From Candidatus Saccharimonadota bacterium (GTDB taxonomy: Bacteria; Patescibacteriota; Gracilibacteria; BD1-5; UBA2023), in assembly GCA_042852035.1 (NCBI GenBank), contig BAAFHK010000001.1, forward strand, positions 90,001-122,000: DNA of 32,000 nt, given 5' to 3'. The notes below the pieces were generated by a model, which was not told the DNA's origin, made no database searches, and saw only the letters and a list, made by a program, of their open reading frames with translations. Made by a program: the position numbers and the translations under genes. Below, one piece after another: positions 1-9,957 of this stretch (positions are counted from its first letter, which is position 1; each line of letters starts with the position of its first letter).

Positions 1-7
1 ATGTTGC

Positions 8-1024
8 TTAGATTTTTGGGTGAGAAATATATTCCTCACCCTTTTTTGTAATCTGCCTCCCACGTGGAGTTCTTTCGATGAGTCCAATCTGAAGGAGATA
101 TGGCTCTACCACATCCTCAATTGTAGACACCTCTTCGCCGATAACTGAGGCAATTGTAGAAAGTCCAGTCGCTCTTCAGGAGAAAGTATCCCGTAGATGA
201 TGAAGAAGCTTCCTATCGAGAGAATCGAGCCCAGCGATATCTACCCCAAATCCATGAAATATTTCATCGCAATCTTCTTTTGTGGAGATATTTCTTCCAG
301 TAGTCATGTAATCGCGTAGAATTTTCACGTATCTATTTGCGATACGTGGAGTTCCACGAGAACGAAGGGCGATAGAAGTAATCGTATCAGATTCAACCTT
401 CTCTAAAGAAAGAATCTTAAATGATCGTTGTACAATTGTTGCAAGCTCCTCAGTATTATAGAAATCAAGTTTGAGGACATTCCCAAATCGATCTCGGAGA
501 GGATTCGAGAGGCTGGAAAGTTTTGTTGTTGCTCCAATAAGTGTAAATTTTGGAATATCCATTTTAACACTTGTGCTTCCTGTTCCACTTCCAATCATGA
601 TATCAATCTGAAAGTCCTCCATCGCTGAATATAGAATTTCTTCGATTTGTGGCCTGAGGCGATGAATTTCGTCAATGAAAAGAATTTCTCACTCAGTAAG
701 GCTTGTGAGAAGGGAAATAATGTCAGCCTGTTTTTCTATAGCTGGACCACTTGTATGCTTAATTGGTGATCCCATCTCGTGGGCGATTACGGTCGAAATT
801 GTGGTCTTCCCAAGCCCTGGAGGACCATAAAAAAGAATGTGCTCAAGTGGGGATTTTCGTATTTTTGCACTTTGTATAGCCACTCCGAGATGTCTTTTCA
901 TCGATTCCTGTCAGACATACTCGCCGAGAGTCCGGGGGCGGAGAGATATTTCGGAGATGATTTCTTCTTCGCTTTGCTCGGGTTTCACAATTCGTGTAAT
1001 GTCAGAAGAGGATTTGATAGCCAT
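8..1024 (-). CDS. ruvB: Holliday junction branch-migration helicase RuvB
   Basis: Track fragments 176-622, 689-901 and 911-1024 share one frame and join across TGA at 176-178, 689-691 and 911-913. Walker [20 protein letters not shown]-terminal [25 protein letters not shown] at 1022-1024, TAA at 8-10. Confidence 0.95.
18..47 (+). terminator. Intrinsic terminator-like hairpin (GGGTGAG-N10-CTCACCC followed by T6), probably for a convergent plus-strand gene ending before or at the window start
   Basis: 7-bp GC-rich stem at 18-24 / 35-41 followed by TTTTTT at 42-47. It overlaps the last codons of ruvB. Confidence 0.4.
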
Positions 1025-1085
1025 AATAAGGGAGATTATATTAAAAAAATGATGCCAAGCAAAGAGAAAAAATGAATTAATTATT

Positions 1086-1115
1086 AAAAAAGTCAATAAT
1101 AATATTGACTTTTTT
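1086..1115. repeat. Perfect inverted repeat A6-GTCAATA-(ATAA)-TATTGAC-T6 in the ruvB / HD-gene divergent intergenic region
   Basis: Read directly: AAAAAAGTCAATA at 1086-1098 pairs with TATTGACTTTTTT at 1103-1115. It looks like a bidirectional terminator but sits between two divergent gene starts. Confidence 0.5.
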
Positions 1116-1232
1116 AAATAAAAGGTTATTTTTAACTGAATTTTATTCAATACAGTGATTAGTACCGCTAAAACTTCATGATCAGAATCTGCTACTATTG
1201 AGCCGTTTTTTGACCAAAAAGTAGCTCAGGAG

Positions 1233-1862
1233 ATGCCAAACGTATCACTCATAAGGGGTGGTGGTGAAAAACCTGTCCTTTCCGTCTGAAGGGTTCAATT
1301 AGCAATGTCGATGAATCCGAAGGTCTTGGTAGAAAAAATACGGAATCACCCAAAAAATCCCGCCAAGAGACCAATTGATAAGCAAAAACTTAATAAGGCA
1401 ATCAGCCTCGCTATGGGGCTTCCATTTAAGCCAAGAAAATCATGAGAGCCTTATGTGGCACATCTTTTGAGATCAGCACTTTACTATCTCAATTTTTGTC
1501 CAAACCCTACTGTTGATGGCTTGATGGCAGCCATCCATCACGATTCATATGAGGAGCACCCGGAAGGAGTGAATAGAATTCGTTGAGCCATTGGAGTTAC
1601 ATCACTTGAAACCGTTATGGCACTCTCAAAAATGCCACCTAAACTTTTGGAAGAGACTGATCGGAAGTGAATTTCCCCAAGAGTGATGGGGGTTCATAAG
1701 CGAGTACGAAGTGCCCTAGAAAGCCATAGTATGGTTTTAGATGCGCTAAATTTTGAGGCAACTGCCTTCAAACTTGCGAGAAATTCTCTTGAAATGCTCC
1801 CATTTCTGCGGGAACTTGTAACTCCAGAGGTCTTTTTAAGAGAGCTTGCAGCTACGGAATAA
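1233..1862 (+). CDS. HD-domain protein, RelA/SpoT-type (p)ppGpp hydrolase-like (small alarmone hydrolase-like)
   Basis: Invisible in the standard-code track. With TGA=Gly the frame is open from 1122 to TAA at 1860-1862. Motifs SGEPYVAHLLRSAL...MAAIHHDSYEEH...IRGAIGVTSLETVMALSK resemble the HD_4 hydrolase domain. Start is uncertain (ATG 1233 or 1305, GTG 1155). Confidence 0.5.
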
Positions 1863-1934
1863 TCTCTCGTAGGATCGCGTTCACATAACCCAGATGACTT
1901 GATTGCTCTCTGAGAGCTCTATCAGAGGCTTAGA

Positions 1935-2288
1935 ATGTGAAGCGACAATGAAGATCTTTATGAAGAGATGGCTCTTGCAATAGGGCTTTTAGAAACAGAA
2001 GAGAATGATTTGGAACGTCTTTATATAAAAATAAGCTGAGATAGAATAGATAATATAATCGATATTACATCCCTTCGTACTATAGTAAATAGAGCAAAAA
2101 CTGACTCGAGTGTTCTTGCGAAAGCAAAAAAGGCACTTTGAAGTGCTACTAAGACTCTTGTGACTACAAAATTCTACCTTCACCTTGTCAAAACTCGTCT
2201 TAAAAATCCTGAGTTATATGCTGTTTTATCGACTCTTGTTGGTTGGTACGAAAATGAAATATTTTCTCTCGAACTGTCGCTACGATAG
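1935..2288 (+). CDS. Hypothetical protein; open frame resumes immediately after, and in frame with, the TAA of the HD-domain ORF
   Basis: Frame is open from 1863 to TAG at 2286-2288 with 4 in-frame TGA. First ATG at 1935, in-frame TTG at 1899. No recognisable domain. Confidence 0.3.
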
Positions 2289-2290
2289 AT

Positions 2291-2572
2291 TTATATAAAC
2301 CGAAAGACTTTTTGGCTTTTCTGAAAAAAACGATCTAAACTCTCCGAAAAAGCTTTTTCAAACGTAAGAAGCTCTAGATTTATGAGAGGCTTTCCTGTGC
2401 GTACTGTCACATACTTTTCTGTCACTTTCACGCTTTGTATATAAGGAAAAAGGTCATCTCTTCCAGCCTCATGGAGAGTTTTTTTTAGAGCATTCCAGGC
2501 AAGAGCTGTTTCGATATCATGAGAATTATGTCGCGTTTTTATTCCTGGGAGGGGGATTTTGAGTTTTTCCAT
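2291..2572 (-). CDS. Small hypothetical protein, possibly DUF721/DciA-like
   Basis: 93-aa ORF, ATG at 2570-2572, TAA at 2291-2293. The pattern ...ALAWNALKK...VKVTEKYVTVRTGKPLINLELLTF... weakly resembles DUF721. Confidence 0.4.
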   Translation of the reverse strand: MEKLKIPLPGIKTRHNSHDIETALAWNALKKTLHEAGRDDLFPYIQSVKVTEKYVTVRTGKPLINLELLTFEKAFSESLDRFFQKSQKVFRFI

Positions 2573-2828
2573 AGAGTGGATGATGGAGTCAGAATGTTTT
2601 ACTTTTCCAGGATGTTCCAGTTTTTACTGATCGTAAGAAAACTTCTTTGGTAACGATGCTTTCTACGAGAATAAATCAGTCTTCAAGTATTGCAACAATA
2701 CGGGCACAATTTTTTGAGCAGAAATTCATTATTCCAATTGGAATTTCGCTTGCATGAACTGTAATGCGATGTTCACCATAGGCCTCAATAAGAGAGTTTG
2801 CTATAGGAGTTCGAGTAAAGGTGGACAT
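2538..2828 (-). CDS. Hypothetical protein (96 aa)
   Basis: ATG at 2826-2828 overlaps the TAA of the upstream methyltransferase (TAATG). It reads through TGA at 2676 and 2589 to TAA at 2538-2540 and overlaps the next ORF start by 35 nt. Confidence 0.4.
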
Positions 2829-4063
2829 TATAAACGAATTTTTATAATTTCTCTCCCTACAGTCTGAAGAGATCGACGATAGAGGAGACTTCATTTCATA
2901 GTATTGAGCTTCATATGAGAAGGAAGGAGAGGAATAGTTCGAAAACCATACTTTTCGAGAATTTCATAGATTTCCGAAAAATATACAAATCGGTCTTCGA
3001 TATTCCAGAAAGGGAAAGACATAACAATATTCCCTGAAAATTTCAATTTTTTCAGTCAGGAGAAGAAGCCATCGTAAAGTTCAGAAAGTTTTTTTCGTTC
3101 AAGCCTTACTCTTTCAAGATTGATATCTTTACTCGACATTATTTCTCCAAGATATCCTTCACTTGCAATAACTGCTTGGCTTACCCATGAGCTATCTTTT
3201 ACTAAATTAATACGAGCAGCATCTTGCTCGAAAATAGAGGTCTGAAGGTTGCGAAAATCTTTTGTCGGAACCCCGCCAGCTTTTATGATACGCTCTTGCC
3301 AAATCTTCTCTTCTTCTATAAAGTCTGCGAGGCTTTTCTTGCTTGAATGTACCATCCGAGGAGAGATATCACTTCCATAGAGGATGTGTTTTCCCATATT
3401 TGCTCCTTCGATGAGAAATGTTCAGAGTCCACAAAATGGATCATAGAGTCAATCTCTCCCGGTATCTCATGCAATATTTATCATCATCTGACAAAGTTTC
3501 GGAGGCATCATCCCCACGACCATATCACGTGATTTTTCCGTATCTCTTTTTGCATATGCATCCACATCCTGACAGGCGAGAGTGACAGTAAGATAGGATT
3601 TTTCTCCCATTTTTAAGAGATTATATTCACTCTGACTTTTTCCAAGTCTTTCTTTCTTCCATCAAGCAGCATTAATATTCTTATTCTCGGTATTAATTAG
3701 GCGTGCTGAAATTCATTTTTCCCCAAGGGTTTTTTTAATCCTCAGACCAACATGATTTTGCTCAAAATCTTCCCCGTAGACTCAGAGGGCAAAGTGAAAT
3801 TTTCCCTCGGGTTTTCCAATATGTTCTATTACATCCGTTGCAAATTTCTTTGTCTCGGTTTCCTGAAGAACTTTCATGACACGAATTGATCCTCATATAT
3901 TGCGAAAATTTGCTATAATATCTTTTTCTTTGTCGAGGAGTTGAAATATGGTCACTTGTTCGTTATGGCAAACATAGGATTTTTCTCAAAAAATCGAAAA
4001 TAGTTCTGCGAGTGAGAGCTTCCACTCTCGACCAAGAGTAAAGGCGTAATGGTTGTTTGTCAT
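2828..4063 (-). CDS. SAM-dependent RNA methyltransferase, UPF0020/Trm11-like
   Basis: Single 411-codon frame once the many TGA are read as Gly. Motif I LYDPFCGL[G]TFLIEGA (TGA at 3422-3424), MPPKLCQMMINIA, YGSDIS, VIASEGYLGE. ATG at 4061-4063, TAA at 2828-2830. Confidence 0.8.
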
Positions 4064-4230
4064 TGGGAGAAAGCGAGTAAATTCGGTAATAGGGAAAGAT
4101 TTGAGATTTATTTAAAAGACTCTTCCTGTCTGAGTCACTCAGGAATGCCACTTAGAGAAGCAAAAGTATACGATATTTTATTATCTTTTCAAGAAAGTCT
4201 TGTTTTTCAATTTCTAGCAAAACTTATATC

Positions 4231-5142
4231 TTAAACATCTACCCATGGTGATATATTAAATCCACTTTGTTTTTTTGCTTCTATGCAGTATTTTTCTATA
4301 GAGTTCCCAAAATAGTCGGGAAGTGACTCTTGGATTTTTCCGATAGTAAAATATCCGATAAGCATCATGAGTGGATAATTGATTCCTTCAAAGAGGGGAA
4401 TATTTATCTGATTTCCCCCATATCGTATCTGGCTTTTATTTTCGAAACAGAGAAATAGTTCTTTCGAATCTGGTACTACTGTAGTTGCATGCTTCATTTG
4501 TTCATGTGAGAAGATATCTCTTGCTACTTTTCGACCAAAAAGTTCGATAAATTTTACTTCAAACATTTCTCTCAGGAGGACAAATTCATTAGGAATAACG
4601 AGAAAGAACGAAGTCAAATTTCCTATCTCTATATCCTTCAGAATTCATTTTAAGAGGGGAGTGAGTATATCTGAAAGATAGGCCTCAAGATCTGTAAGTG
4701 AACTTTCTGGATATTCTGCGAGCATATATCCAAAATAGGTTGAGGTATTATATGTGTAAGGTTCACGTATTTTCGGCATGACTATACTTCCATCAGCAAT
4801 AGTTCTCCCGCTACTTTTTTCACTGGATGAGATAAGAAAGGTATTTTTCCCAAGCTTTTTAGCATTCTCAAGAATAATTGGTGCATGTTTTTCTCCGCTT
4901 GCTGAGACAACAACCACGTCTGTAATAGAAGAGATATTCTCGATTTTTCCCATAAATTCACTTTCTCCCGCAAAATAGGCAGGACTATTTCGAAAGAGAA
5001 TGCGACCTGTATAATAACCGTTTCAACTTCAGACAACGAGAGGTGTCTTAAATTGTTTTATATCAAGCTTTGGAAGGTTCTTGGCGCCTTTAAAACACTC
5101 AATAGTAGACAAGACGATTTCACAGAGTGATGGGTATTGCAT
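4231..5142 (-). CDS. SIS-domain-like protein (sugar isomerase / phosphosugar-binding fold), function uncertain
   Basis: Fragments 4231-4617 and 4645-4953 plus upstream sequence join across TGA at 4645, 5023 and 5029. VVGSGNGYYTGR and VVVVSASGEKHAPIILENAKKLGKNTFLISS resemble SIS motifs. ATG at 5140-5142, TAA at 4231-4233. Confidence 0.5.
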
Positions 5143-5181
5143 AGGAGAATAATTAGATGAAAATTATATCCAGAAAAAAAT

Positions 5182-5217
5182 ATTCGCAAAAAATAATCCC
5201 GTTTTCACGGGATTATT
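5182..5217 (-). terminator. Intrinsic terminator after PiT gene
   Basis: AATAATCCCG (5192-5201) pairs with CGGGATTATT (5208-5217), followed on the minus strand by a T-run. The stem includes the pit stop codon. Confidence 0.7.
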
Positions 5218-6244
5218 TGTTAACAAAGAAAGAAAAAGTTAAAAATAAACCATATGCTATCGCACATGCCATAGGTATGGTAAATATCCATGCCCATACG
5301 ATTCTAAATGTCATTCCCCATTTTACGGCACGAGCATTTTTTGCAGATCCTACTCAAGAAATAGCACCAGTGATAGTATGCGTAGTAGAGACAGGGACTC
5401 CAAGTGCTGAAGCAGTAAACAGGGTGATTGCACTTGCTGTTTCTGCAGCAAATCCATCTATAGGGGTGAGTTTTACGATTTTTGATCCCATGGTTTTCAC
5501 GATTCTCCAACCTCATGTCATAGTTCCAAGAGCAATCGCAACGTAAGCCCCGATAATTACCCACATAGGAATCGGTGCTCATTTTTCCAGAAGATGTACC
5601 GAAAGAAGAAGGCTCATGATGATTCCCATTGTTTTTTGGGCATCATTTGATCCATGACCGAGTGAATATAGTGCTGATGAGGCAAGCTGAAGAAAACGAG
5701 AAGCCTTATTCATTATAGATAGGGAAAAATTCTTTCCAATCCACATCGCAAGAATGAGAAGTGTAAATCAGAGAGCAGCACCCATGAGTGGTGCGAGAAA
5801 GATGAAAATCAATGTTTTTGTCCATCCAGAAGCAATCACAACACTCCATCAACCATTGGCAAGAGCAGCACCGAGGTATCCTCCAAGAAGAGCATGAGAG
5901 GAGCTTGTTGGAAGACCAAGCCACCAAGTAATAAGGTTCCAAGAAATGGCACCAAGAAGTCATGCAAAGATTACAAGCGGAGTTACATAAGATATATCAA
6001 TCATCCCTTTTCCAATAGTTTTTGCTACCGCAGTACCAACAACGAATATTGCCACAAAGTTAAAGAATGCAGCCCAAAGCACCGCCATACGAGGCGAAAG
6101 TACTCGAGTAGCAACAACCGTAGCGATAGAGTTCGCTGCATCATGCATTCCATTCGTAAAATCAAAAGCAAAGGCAACAAGAATAATAAAGGCAACAAAC
6201 GGGTAATCTGTTACCAAATGTGTAATAAATGAAAAGAATTCCAT
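5213..6244 (-). CDS. pit: Inorganic phosphate transporter, PiT (PitA) family
   Basis: N-terminal [18 protein letters not shown] and central [15 protein letters not shown], ...[14 protein letters not shown]. Fragments join across TGA at 5960, 5849, 5767 and 5579 among others. ATG at 6242-6244, TAA at 5213-5215. The plus-strand ORF 5157-5546 is its antisense shadow. Confidence 0.9.
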
Positions 6245-6276
6245 AGTAATATATAAGAGTATGAAGTAAAAGAGAA

Positions 6277-6906
6277 TTAGCTCGCCTTTAACTTGATACC
6301 CTCGATAGTATTTGCTGCTTGTTCAAAGCTATCCATAGCAGCTTCCATATTTTCGATAGCAACCCTCCATTTCATAAGTGTAATTGGGTCTTTTTCTTTC
6401 GTGAAGATTTCTCTGATATTTTTTACATAAATATCATCACCCTGACCCTCAAGAGTATGGATTGCAACTATAACTTTTGAAGTATTAATGTGCTTATTTT
6501 TCTTCTTTCCAAAAAGCGCTTTCAGAAGTTCGCCAATACTCTCTGCTGACTCATCATAAAGCTGAGCAAATTCATCGATACAAGCTCGTTTCTCAGTAAT
6601 ATCATACATATAAAAACTTTGGATAACATTCTCAAGATCGTCGACAACATCATCAAGTCCGACAACAAGTGCGTGAAGATCTTCTCGATCATATGGGGTG
6701 ATGAATGCAGTTTGGAGTTCGTTCAGAATCCTATGTGTAGCATCATCTGCTTGTTCCTCGATAATTCGAGCCTTATGTGCGAATCGTTCAAAATCACCGA
6801 AGTTATTTCGGAACTCATGCACGAGTTTAACCATGTCCTTAATGCTTTCGGCAAGTTCGAGGAAGAGGTTGTCGAACTTATTGTTCTGAGGAAACAGGAT
6901 ACTCAT
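6277..6906 (-). CDS. DUF47 / PhoU-like phosphate transport regulator (PiT-associated)
   Basis: Intact 209-aa ORF directly upstream of the PiT gene, the classic DUF47-PiT pair. Helical, acidic sequence with ITPYDREDLHALVVGLDDVVD. Confidence 0.85.
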   Translation of the reverse strand: MSILFPQNNKFDNLFLELAESIKDMVKLVHEFRNNFGDFERFAHKARIIEEQADDATHRILNELQTAFITPYDREDLHALVVGLDDVVDDLENVIQSFYMYDITEKRACIDEFAQLYDESAESIGELLKALFGKKKNKHINTSKVIVAIHTLEGQGDDIYVKNIREIFTKEKDPITLMKWRVAIENMEAAMDSFEQAANTIEGIKLKAS

Positions 6907-6923
6907 AGGGGTAAAGATAAAAG

Positions 6924-6966
6924 ATAAAAAAATCCGCCCTCAGTATAAGCAGGGCGCGATTTTTTG
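6924..6966 (-). terminator. Bidirectional intrinsic terminator hairpin
   Basis: CGCCCT (6935-6940) pairs with AGGGCG (6951-6956), with an A-run before and a T-run after. It lies downstream of the pnp / 7015-7467 unit. Confidence 0.6.
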
Positions 6967-7014
6967 CAAATGAGTCGATATGGAATTAATCGGCTATTAA
7001 TCTTTCGATTAATT

Positions 7015-7467
7015 TTAGATATTTGGTATAAGTACTTTCATTCATGATTGTTTCTTTGCTGCTTTAAATTCAGAAGAGAGTCAATTATTTCGAGCAGCAA
7101 GGTAGACTCATTGGAGCTCACAATATCCTAATAACTTTGTTCATTGATATCCATTCATTACCTTACTCAAAAATCTAGCGTCAACCGTTCATGTTCTTTT
7201 GATGTGTTTTTTGGTTATATCATAGTAGAGTTTTGTTGCCCTTCATCATCAGCATACAAGAACGGCTCAAAGAAATGCCGTAAACGCAATCACCGTTTCT
7301 ATCTCTCCTCAGTAATAAAGTGTGGTTCAGAGTGTTGTGTCGGCAACTAAAAGAACTCTATTTTTTATATTTCATGAAAGACATTCCACGCTAAATTTTC
7401 AAAATCTTTTTAGAGTTTCAATTCGAGATTCAGGAGCAGTTTTTTTAAAATCATCTAGCCTTCCCAT
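7015..7467 (-). CDS. Hypothetical Gly-rich protein with extreme TGA usage
   Basis: No TAA or TAG for 158 codons on the minus strand (7015-7488). ATG at 7465-7467 overlaps the pnp stop region; alternative GTG at 7387-7389. 13 in-frame TGA including the triple TGA-TGA-TGA at 7243-7251 (VC[GGG]RAT). TAA at 7015-7017, followed by a terminator. Confidence 0.4.
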
Positions 7468-9668
7468 ACTGCCGTTATAACATTTTCATTACTATTTGTT
7501 TCTTGAGGACTGTTGCCTCATTCTATGATTTTCTCAAGTCCAATCCGCCCCTTTTCCTTATCGACTGAGTAGACTTTTACTTTGACGACTTCGCCCACTT
7601 TTGCGACATCATTCACATTCGCGATTCGTTCTTTGACTCCGAATTTCGAAATGTGAATCATTCCTTCTTTTCCTTTAGTGAGTTCGACAATGGCACCAAC
7701 CGTATCAAGAATTTTTACAATTTTTCCTTCGTAGGTGTCACCTACTTCGATATCTTTGAGAATACCCTTGATGAAGGCGAGGGCAGCCTGACCTGCTTCT
7801 TGAGTTTTTGCGGTGATGGTACAGTGTCCATCATCTTCGAGATTGACCTCAACACCAAAATCTTTCTCGATACCTTGGATCGTTTCTCCACCCTTTCCGA
7901 TAACTTCACGCATTTTTTCTTCTGGTACAAATACTGCGAGGAGAAATGGTGCATATGGTGAGAGTTCACTTCGTGGACTTGAAAGGCATTTCTTCATCTC
8001 TCCCATGATGTACCCACAAGCATCTATGGATTTATCGAAGACATTCTTTATAACTTCCATCTTGAGTCCAGCAATTTTACAGTCCATCTGGAGTGCAGTA
8101 ATCCCCTTATCAGTTCGAGCTACCTTGAAGTCCATATCTCCGAGGAAGTCTTCTTGAGCTTGTATGTCAGCGAGGATTTCATATTTTCCAGTATCTTCAT
8201 CATAGATCATTCCCATTGCGACTCAGGCAACCATAGCCTTGATTGGAACTCAGGCATCCATGAGTGACATAGTTGAACCACAGACTGATGCCATCGAACT
8301 CGACCCATTACATGTTGTCGTTTCAGAAACAACACGCATCATGTATGGAAAATCTGCCTCATCTGGGAGGACTGGTTCGAGTGCTTTCTCAGCGAGACGT
8401 CCGTGACCAACCTCACGTCGTCCTACTCCACGAAGTGGCTTCACTTCACCTACAGAAAAAGGAGGGAAGTTATAGTGGTGGATGTATCGTTTCGTATCCT
8501 CCTCATACATATCGTCAATAATCTGGATGTCGCTTGGTCCACCAAGCGTTGTTACTGAGAGAACTTGTGTTACTCCACGCTCGAAGAGGGCAGAGCCATG
8601 AGTTCTTGGAAGGACTGGAGCAGTCGCACGTACAGGGCGCACCTCATCAACACGACGTCCATCGAGGCGAGTTTGGGTGCTGAGTACAGTATTCCTCATA
8701 TGTCCTGATACCACTTTTTTCACGCTATCAGCGATGTCTCCCATTTTTGGAGTATTTGTTTCTTCGTCGTATCAGAGTTTTTCAGCAACTGATTCCACGA
8801 GATTGTGAAGTGCATCATGGAATTCGAGCTTTCCGAGATTATAGAGAGCAACGATTTCTTCCTCGCTCACGAGTCATTTTACTTTCTCGATAACCTCAGT
8901 ATCAGTATCGACAACCGTAAGTTCTGTTACTGGAAGGGCATGAACTTTGCTATATTCTTTCATGAAATCATTTTGTGCTTCACAAAGCTCCTTGATGATG
9001 CTATGTGCAAATTCGAAAGCGCGCACCATGAGGTCATTGCTTACTTCCTTTCCTTGACTCTCTACCATAGTAATAGCATCGAGCGTTCCAGCAACTGTGA
9101 GATCGAGATGAGCATTCGTGAGCTCATCGAATGTTGGATCAAAAATGAATTTCCCACCCTCGTCTGAGGCAATACGAACTCAGGCAACAGGTCCTTCGAA
9201 CTCTTTCACTCCTGCGAGCATAATCGAGAGGGAAGCGCCAGTAACTCCATACCATCCAAAATCAGAGAGTCCAGAGGAGCTCATAATCGTCGAAATAATC
9301 TGAGTATCAGTACGGGTATTTTTCGGGAACATTGGACGAATTGGACGATCAATGACACGACTATTGAGAATCGCAGCTTCACTCGGTCGCCCCTCACGTT
9401 TTTGGAATCGGTTTCCACCAATCTTTCCTCCGGCATAATATTTCTCCTGGAACTCTACCGTGAGTGGGAAAAAATCTCCATCTTTTGGATTTCCAATCCC
9501 TGTGGTGGTGAGAAGGTAGTTTCCATCTTCATCTTTGATTACTACTGAACCTGTCGCAAAGAGTGCGAGTCGACCTGATTCGAATGTAATCTTTTTGCCC
9601 GCAATCGTATACGACTTCGTGACAATAGCACGTTCGAGCGCGTGCTTATCTTTGAGAGCTACTATCAT
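7455..9668 (-). CDS. pnp: Polyribonucleotide nucleotidyltransferase (PNPase)
   Basis: Fragments 7518-8216, 8250-8744, 8874-9068 and 9180-9668 are all in one frame. The junctions read LMDA[G]VPIKAMVA[G]VAMG and EGPVA[G][11 protein letters not shown] and S1 domains at the C-terminus. ATG at 9666-9668, TAG at 7455-7457. Confidence 0.95.
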
Positions 9669-9850
9669 AAAAAATAGTTTAAAATGTAAGAGCTATATTC
9701 ACTCGTCTCTCCAAACAAATACACGGAATATGTCCTTGTTCGGATGGGCGAGAGGAATAGAGCGGATGTATTATAGTGGTGGAGCGAAAAATTGCAAAAG
9801 ATAAGAACTTTAACCTATAAGATATCACGCTTTCAGAAGAGCATATTATA

Positions 9851-9879
9851 TTGACTATTTCATATTCTGTTTATAGTAA
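9851..9879 (+). promoter_or_regulatory. Sigma70-like promoter for the EEP nuclease gene (TTGACT-N17-TAGTAA)
   Basis: TTGACT at 9851-9856, TAGTAA at 9874-9879 (or TATAGT at 9872-9877). A strong SD, AAAGGAGA, ends 5 nt before the ATG at 9958. Confidence 0.35.
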
Positions 9880-9957
9880 AGTTATCTCCAATCTTATGGA
9901 GGAAAAACACATAATGAGTCAAATTCCTCATACTTCAATTTTTCGAAAGGAGACTTC

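Noticed and set aside
5157-5546. 129-aa plus-strand ORF, and similar long plus-strand ORFs at 14009-14461, 15493-15927, 18858-19394 and 27103-27477
   Set aside because: Each is the antisense shadow of a well-supported minus-strand gene (pit, zeta-like, lysS, GNAT, MBL hydrolase). Their sequences are Cys/Ser/Phe-rich and lack any recognisable motif.
6960-7460. A 450-nt apparent non-coding gap after pnp, considered as a possible tmRNA, RNase P RNA or 6S RNA locus
   Set aside because: No tRNA-like 3-prime end or conserved RNase P helices were recognised, and the minus strand has a 158-codon frame free of TAA and TAG. It is reported instead as a hypothetical TGA-rich CDS, with the uncertainty flagged.
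176-9668. Runs of short same-strand ORF fragments (ruvB in 3 pieces, pnp in 4, pit in several) that look like a field of pseudogenes or frameshifts
   Set aside because: All fragments of each gene share one frame and are separated only by single TGA codons at conserved Gly positions. This is code 25, not gene decay.
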